64,000 nucleotides of DNA from Comamonadaceae bacterium (lineage in GTDB: Bacteria > Pseudomonadota > Gammaproteobacteria > Burkholderiales > Burkholderiaceae_C): assembly GCA_947446885.1 (NCBI GenBank), contig CANFHZ010000001.1, positions 11,806 to 75,805 of the forward strand. The letters run 5' to 3'. Every line of letters starts with the position of its first letter. The stretch's first letter is position 1. Position numbers and translations under genes: made by a program. Positions 61,016 to 64,000 of the stretch are shown here, one piece after another. Below the pieces are notes generated by a model. It saw only the letters and a list, made by a program, of their open reading frames with translations. It did no database searches and was not told the DNA's origin.

Positions 61016-62931
61016 TGCCCAAGCGCCCATACTGGAAGTGGCTGGCCGCTGCCCTGCTGGCTCTGTCCGCTTGCGCAGGGGCTGTCGCGGCCCAGACCAA
61101 GCAGGTTTTTGAGGACACGTTGCGGCAGCGGGTGCAGATGTGCTCCGCCTGCCACGGCGAGCAGGGGCGCGCGGGGCCGGACGGCTATTACCCGCGCATT
61201 GCCGGAAAGCCTGCTGCCTATCTCTACAACCAGCTGCGCCATTTCCAAACCGGCGCGCGCCGCCATAACCTGATGGCGCGGCTCGTCAGCAACCTGAGCG
61301 AGGCCTATCTGTGGGAAATCGCCCAGTATTTTGCGGCCTTGGATCTGCCTTATGCCGCTCCGCCTGCACCCAGGATGGCGGCGGCTGATATGGCCCGGGG
61401 TCGGCAACTGGCCTTGCAGGGCGATCCGGTTTTGCGTGTACCGGCCTGTTCGTCCTGCCACGGCGAACAGCTGGTCGGGCGTATGCCTGCCACGCCCGGT
61501 CTGCTGGGGCTGTCCAGCGACTACCTCAATGCCCAGCTTGGCGCATGGCAGACCGGCGTACGCACTGCACGTGCACCGGACTGCATGGCCCATATCGCCC
61601 GGCGGCTGCGACCAGGCGATTTGGCTGCGGTGAGCGGCTGGCTGGCGGCGCAAGCGCTTCCTGCGCGCCCGGTACCCGCAGCGCCTGGCGCGCCCATGGC
61701 CATGGAGTGTGGCGCGCACCAGGCGGCGTCCCCGCCCCCTGCGGTGCAAGAGGCCCGCAACGCGCAGGCGGGGCGATATTTGGCGCTGGTGGGCAACTGC
61801 CAGGGCTGCCACACCCGTACGGGTGGATCAGCCTACGCGGGCGGGCGGGGCATTCCGACGCCTTTTGGCACGGTGTTCAGCAGCAATCTGACCCCGTCCA
61901 CAACAGGTCTTGCCGCCTGGACCGCCGACGACTTTTGGCGGGCCATGCACCACGGACAGTCGCGTGACGGGCGCTGGCTCAACCCCGCGTTTCCGTATAC
62001 CAATTTCCGCTTGATCAGCCGTGCCGACAGCGACGCGCTGTACGCCTACTTTATGGGGCTGGAGCCGGTGGAGTCGGCGCCCACCCCGCACGACCTGCGC
62101 TGGCCCTTTAACACCCAGTGGGCATTACAAGCTTGGCGCTGGCTGTACTTTCCTTCTGCCGACGAAGCGCCGCAAACTGTCGCGCCGCGCATGACCGACG
62201 CGCGGATACAGCGGGGGGCTTATCTGGTTCAGGGTCTGGGTCACTGCAGCGTGTGCCATATGCCGCGCAATGCCTTGGCCGGTAACCGCGACATGCTGAG
62301 TCTGGCCGGAGGCTTTATTGCGGGCCAATCCTGGTACGCACCGTCTTTGTTGAACCCGCTGGACGGCGGTGTGCAGGACCGCCCGGCTGCCGAGGTGGTG
62401 CAGCTGCTGCAATCCGGCCGGGGTGGGGGCGAGCGCGTGTCCGGCCCCATGGCCGAGGTGGTGCGCCACAGCCTGCAGCACCTGCGCCCGGTGGATACCG
62501 AGGCCATCGTCGCCTATTTGCAAAGCCTGCCCCGCGTTGCCGCAGCGCAGCGGCCGCCTGCTGCCGCAGTGCGGACGCCCGCTTGGGCGCGCGCAGCGGC
62601 GCTGTATGACACGCACTGCGCCGATTGCCACGGCGCACAGGGGCAGGGGCTAAGGGGTGCGGACGGCAGCTGGGCCTACCCGCCGCTGCGCGCTAACCGC
62701 ACGGTGCTGCAGGCCACACCGCTGAATCTGGTGCAAAGCGTTTTGTACGGCGGCTTTGGCCCCAGTACGGCGGACAACCCGCGCCCCTTTGGCATGCCGC
62801 CCTACGTACTGACCCTGAGCGAGCAGGACATGGCAGATGTACTGAGTTTTGTCCGTGCGGCCTGGGGCAATAACGCCGCGCCTGTGTCCGCCCTGGATGT
62901 GCAGCGCCTGCGGGACGGCGCGGCAAACTGA
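61015..62931 (+). CDS. Multiheme c-type cytochrome (5 CxxCH; c4-like diheme fused to a dehydrogenase-type triheme)
   Basis: Signal peptide, then CSACH, CSSCH, CQGCH, CSVCH and CADCH. TGATG overlap with the upstream gene. Confidence 0.92.
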   Translation: MPKRPYWKWLAAALLALSACAGAVAAQTKQVFEDTLRQRVQMCSACHGEQGRAGPDGYYPRIAGKPAAYLYNQLRHFQTGARRHNLMARLVSNLSEAYLWEIAQYFAALDLPYAAPPAPRMAAADMARGRQLALQGDPVLRVPACSSCHGEQLVGRMPATPGLLGLSSDYLNAQLGAWQTGVRTARAPDCMAHIARRLRPGDLAAVSGWLAAQALPARPVPAAPGAPMAMECGAHQAASPPPAVQEARNAQAGRYLALVGNCQGCHTRTGGSAYAGGRGIPTPFGTVFSSNLTPSTTGLAAWTADDFWRAMHHGQSRDGRWLNPAFPYTNFRLISRADSDALYAYFMGLEPVESAPTPHDLRWPFNTQWALQAWRWLYFPSADEAPQTVAPRMTDARIQRGAYLVQGLGHCSVCHMPRNALAGNRDMLSLAGGFIAGQSWYAPSLLNPLDGGVQDRPAAEVVQLLQSGRGGGERVSGPMAEVVRHSLQHLRPVDTEAIVAYLQSLPRVAAAQRPPAAAVRTPAWARAAALYDTHCADCHGAQGQGLRGADGSWAYPPLRANRTVLQATPLNLVQSVLYGGFGPSTADNPRPFGMPPYVLTLSEQDMADVLSFVRAAWGNNAAPVSALDVQRLRDGAAN

Positions 62932-62940
62932 TCCGCAGGT

Positions 62941-63726
62941 TCAGTCCGCCCTGCCGTACATCACGTTGATGCGGGCCACGTATTTGGAGACTGCGCCGCC
63001 CACACGGCAGCCTTCGTGCACCACCGAAGCCGGGCCAAAGCCATGGCGGAAGAACAGGGCCGATCCTTTGACAGGCGATACGTCGACATAGCGCCCATCG
63101 CGGCTGAAAAGTCGGGTGCTGCCACCCTCGACGCCGTCGGCTGGCCCGTTGAGGTACAGCAGCATGGTCAGGCCCGAGCGCAGCTCCGGCCCCCACTCCA
63201 GCATGGTGCTGCGGTCCGGGCTCAGGCTGTAGCCGGGCCAGTTGCCGTCGGTATGCCGGTTGAAGACGTCGTTGGCGTCGTAGCGGTACATATTGATGCG
63301 GTGGCTGAAAGCCTGGAACAGCGGCTCTCCGTCGAGCCGCTGCGGCAGCAACTGGGCGATGCGGTCAAACATGGGGCCCAACATATCCGGGTCGGCCACC
63401 CAGTGCACCGATTTGTTCATACGCATGCCCGGCGGGGTTGCGATGCCAGGCGCCTCGTCTCGGTAGCCGCATTGTTCGCTGGCTTGCACCATGGCGTCGG
63501 CTTCGGCCTCGGTGGTAACCCGCTCCACCACGAAGGCCAGCAAGCCGCCCAGTTCAATATCGTGGCGCACCGGTTGGAGGGCGGGCTGCGCCTGCCAGCG
63601 CAGCGCTGCGGGCACGCTGTCAAAAGCGTGCACCGGCGTCATCGGCACCACGCCACCCATGGGCAGCGAGCCGGGCAAATAGGCCACCGGGTGGTGGCCG
63701 GGCCAGGTCAGGGACGGCGACTCCAT
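62941..63726 (-). CDS. 2OG-Fe(II) oxygenase (prolyl 4-hydroxylase-like)
   Basis: YRY...FNRHTDG (HxD), LLYLNG..GG.T, VHEG (distal His) and KYVARINV (2OG-binding basic residue). Confidence 0.85.
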   Translation of the reverse strand: MESPSLTWPGHHPVAYLPGSLPMGGVVPMTPVHAFDSVPAALRWQAQPALQPVRHDIELGGLLAFVVERVTTEAEADAMVQASEQCGYRDEAPGIATPPGMRMNKSVHWVADPDMLGPMFDRIAQLLPQRLDGEPLFQAFSHRINMYRYDANDVFNRHTDGNWPGYSLSPDRSTMLEWGPELRSGLTMLLYLNGPADGVEGGSTRLFSRDGRYVDVSPVKGSALFFRHGFGPASVVHEGCRVGGAVSKYVARINVMYGRAD

Positions 63727-64000
63727 CACCAACTTCCGATATTCGGCATGGAAACCCAGGGTTGCGCGGGGGGCAGCGGGTTGCCGCGCTGCAGCAGCTC
63801 AATCGAAATCTGGTCCGGCGAGCGCACAAACGCCATATAGCCGTCGCGCGGGGGGCGCTGGATGGTCACGCCGTGGGACTGCAGGCGCGCGCAGGTGGCG
63901 TAGATGTCGTCCACTGCGTAGGCCAGGTGGCCGAAGTTGCGCCCGCCGGTGTAGTTCTCAGGGTCCCAGTTGTAGGTCAATTCCACCTGGGCACTGCGGT
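63726..64000 (-). CDS. gloA: Lactoylglutathione lyase / glyoxalase I (5'-truncated by the window edge)
   Basis: [49 protein letters not shown]. Confidence 0.85.
   Translation of the reverse strand, partial: RSAQVELTYNWDPENYTGGRNFGHLAYAVDDIYATCARLQSHGVTIQRPPRDGYMAFVRSPDQISIELLQRGNPLPPAQPWVSMPNIGSW

Noticed and set aside
1-64000. tRNA/rRNA genes, CRISPR arrays, IS elements, prophage or known defence systems
   Set aside because: No cloverleaf or rRNA-like segments, no spaced direct repeats, and no transposase, integrase or phage genes were seen. Intergenic gaps are all short.

Overview
GC-rich bacterial chromosomal segment with the gene order of a Betaproteobacterium (Burkholderiales/Comamonadaceae-like; inferred from gene content). 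Most of it is housekeeping: xseB-ispA-dxs, mutL-miaA, leuA, hemA-prfA-prmC, ubiE-Tim44-ubiJ-ubiB, FmdB-DUF502-aspS, ettA and an aapJQMP-type amino acid ABC operon. It also carries many transporters: a tripartite RND pump, ChaA, NhaD, a split TRAP system, two DMTs, an MsbA-like exporter and a YbbP-like permease. I found no rRNA, tRNA, CRISPR array, transposase or integrase. The least explained parts are: (i) 58.6-63.7 kb, with a translationally coupled BtpA/SgcQ gene plus a phosphoribosyltransferase carrying a non-canonical PRPP loop, a divergent small membrane protein / NadR-like kinase / five-CxxCH fused cytochrome run, and a glyoxalase I gene coupled to a 2OG-Fe(II) oxygenase; (ii) a divergent enolase-superfamily + GMC oxidoreductase pair; (iii) a Rieske oxygenase-DMT-sulfurtransferase operon with no reductase and a hairpin-rich leader; (iv) an orphan ParA; and (v) a mazEF-type toxin-antitoxin module with a perfect operator inside a near-consensus sigma70 promoter. 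All family assignments come from motif recognition by eye, not database searches. Start codons were adjusted by hand where the ORF track over-extends.
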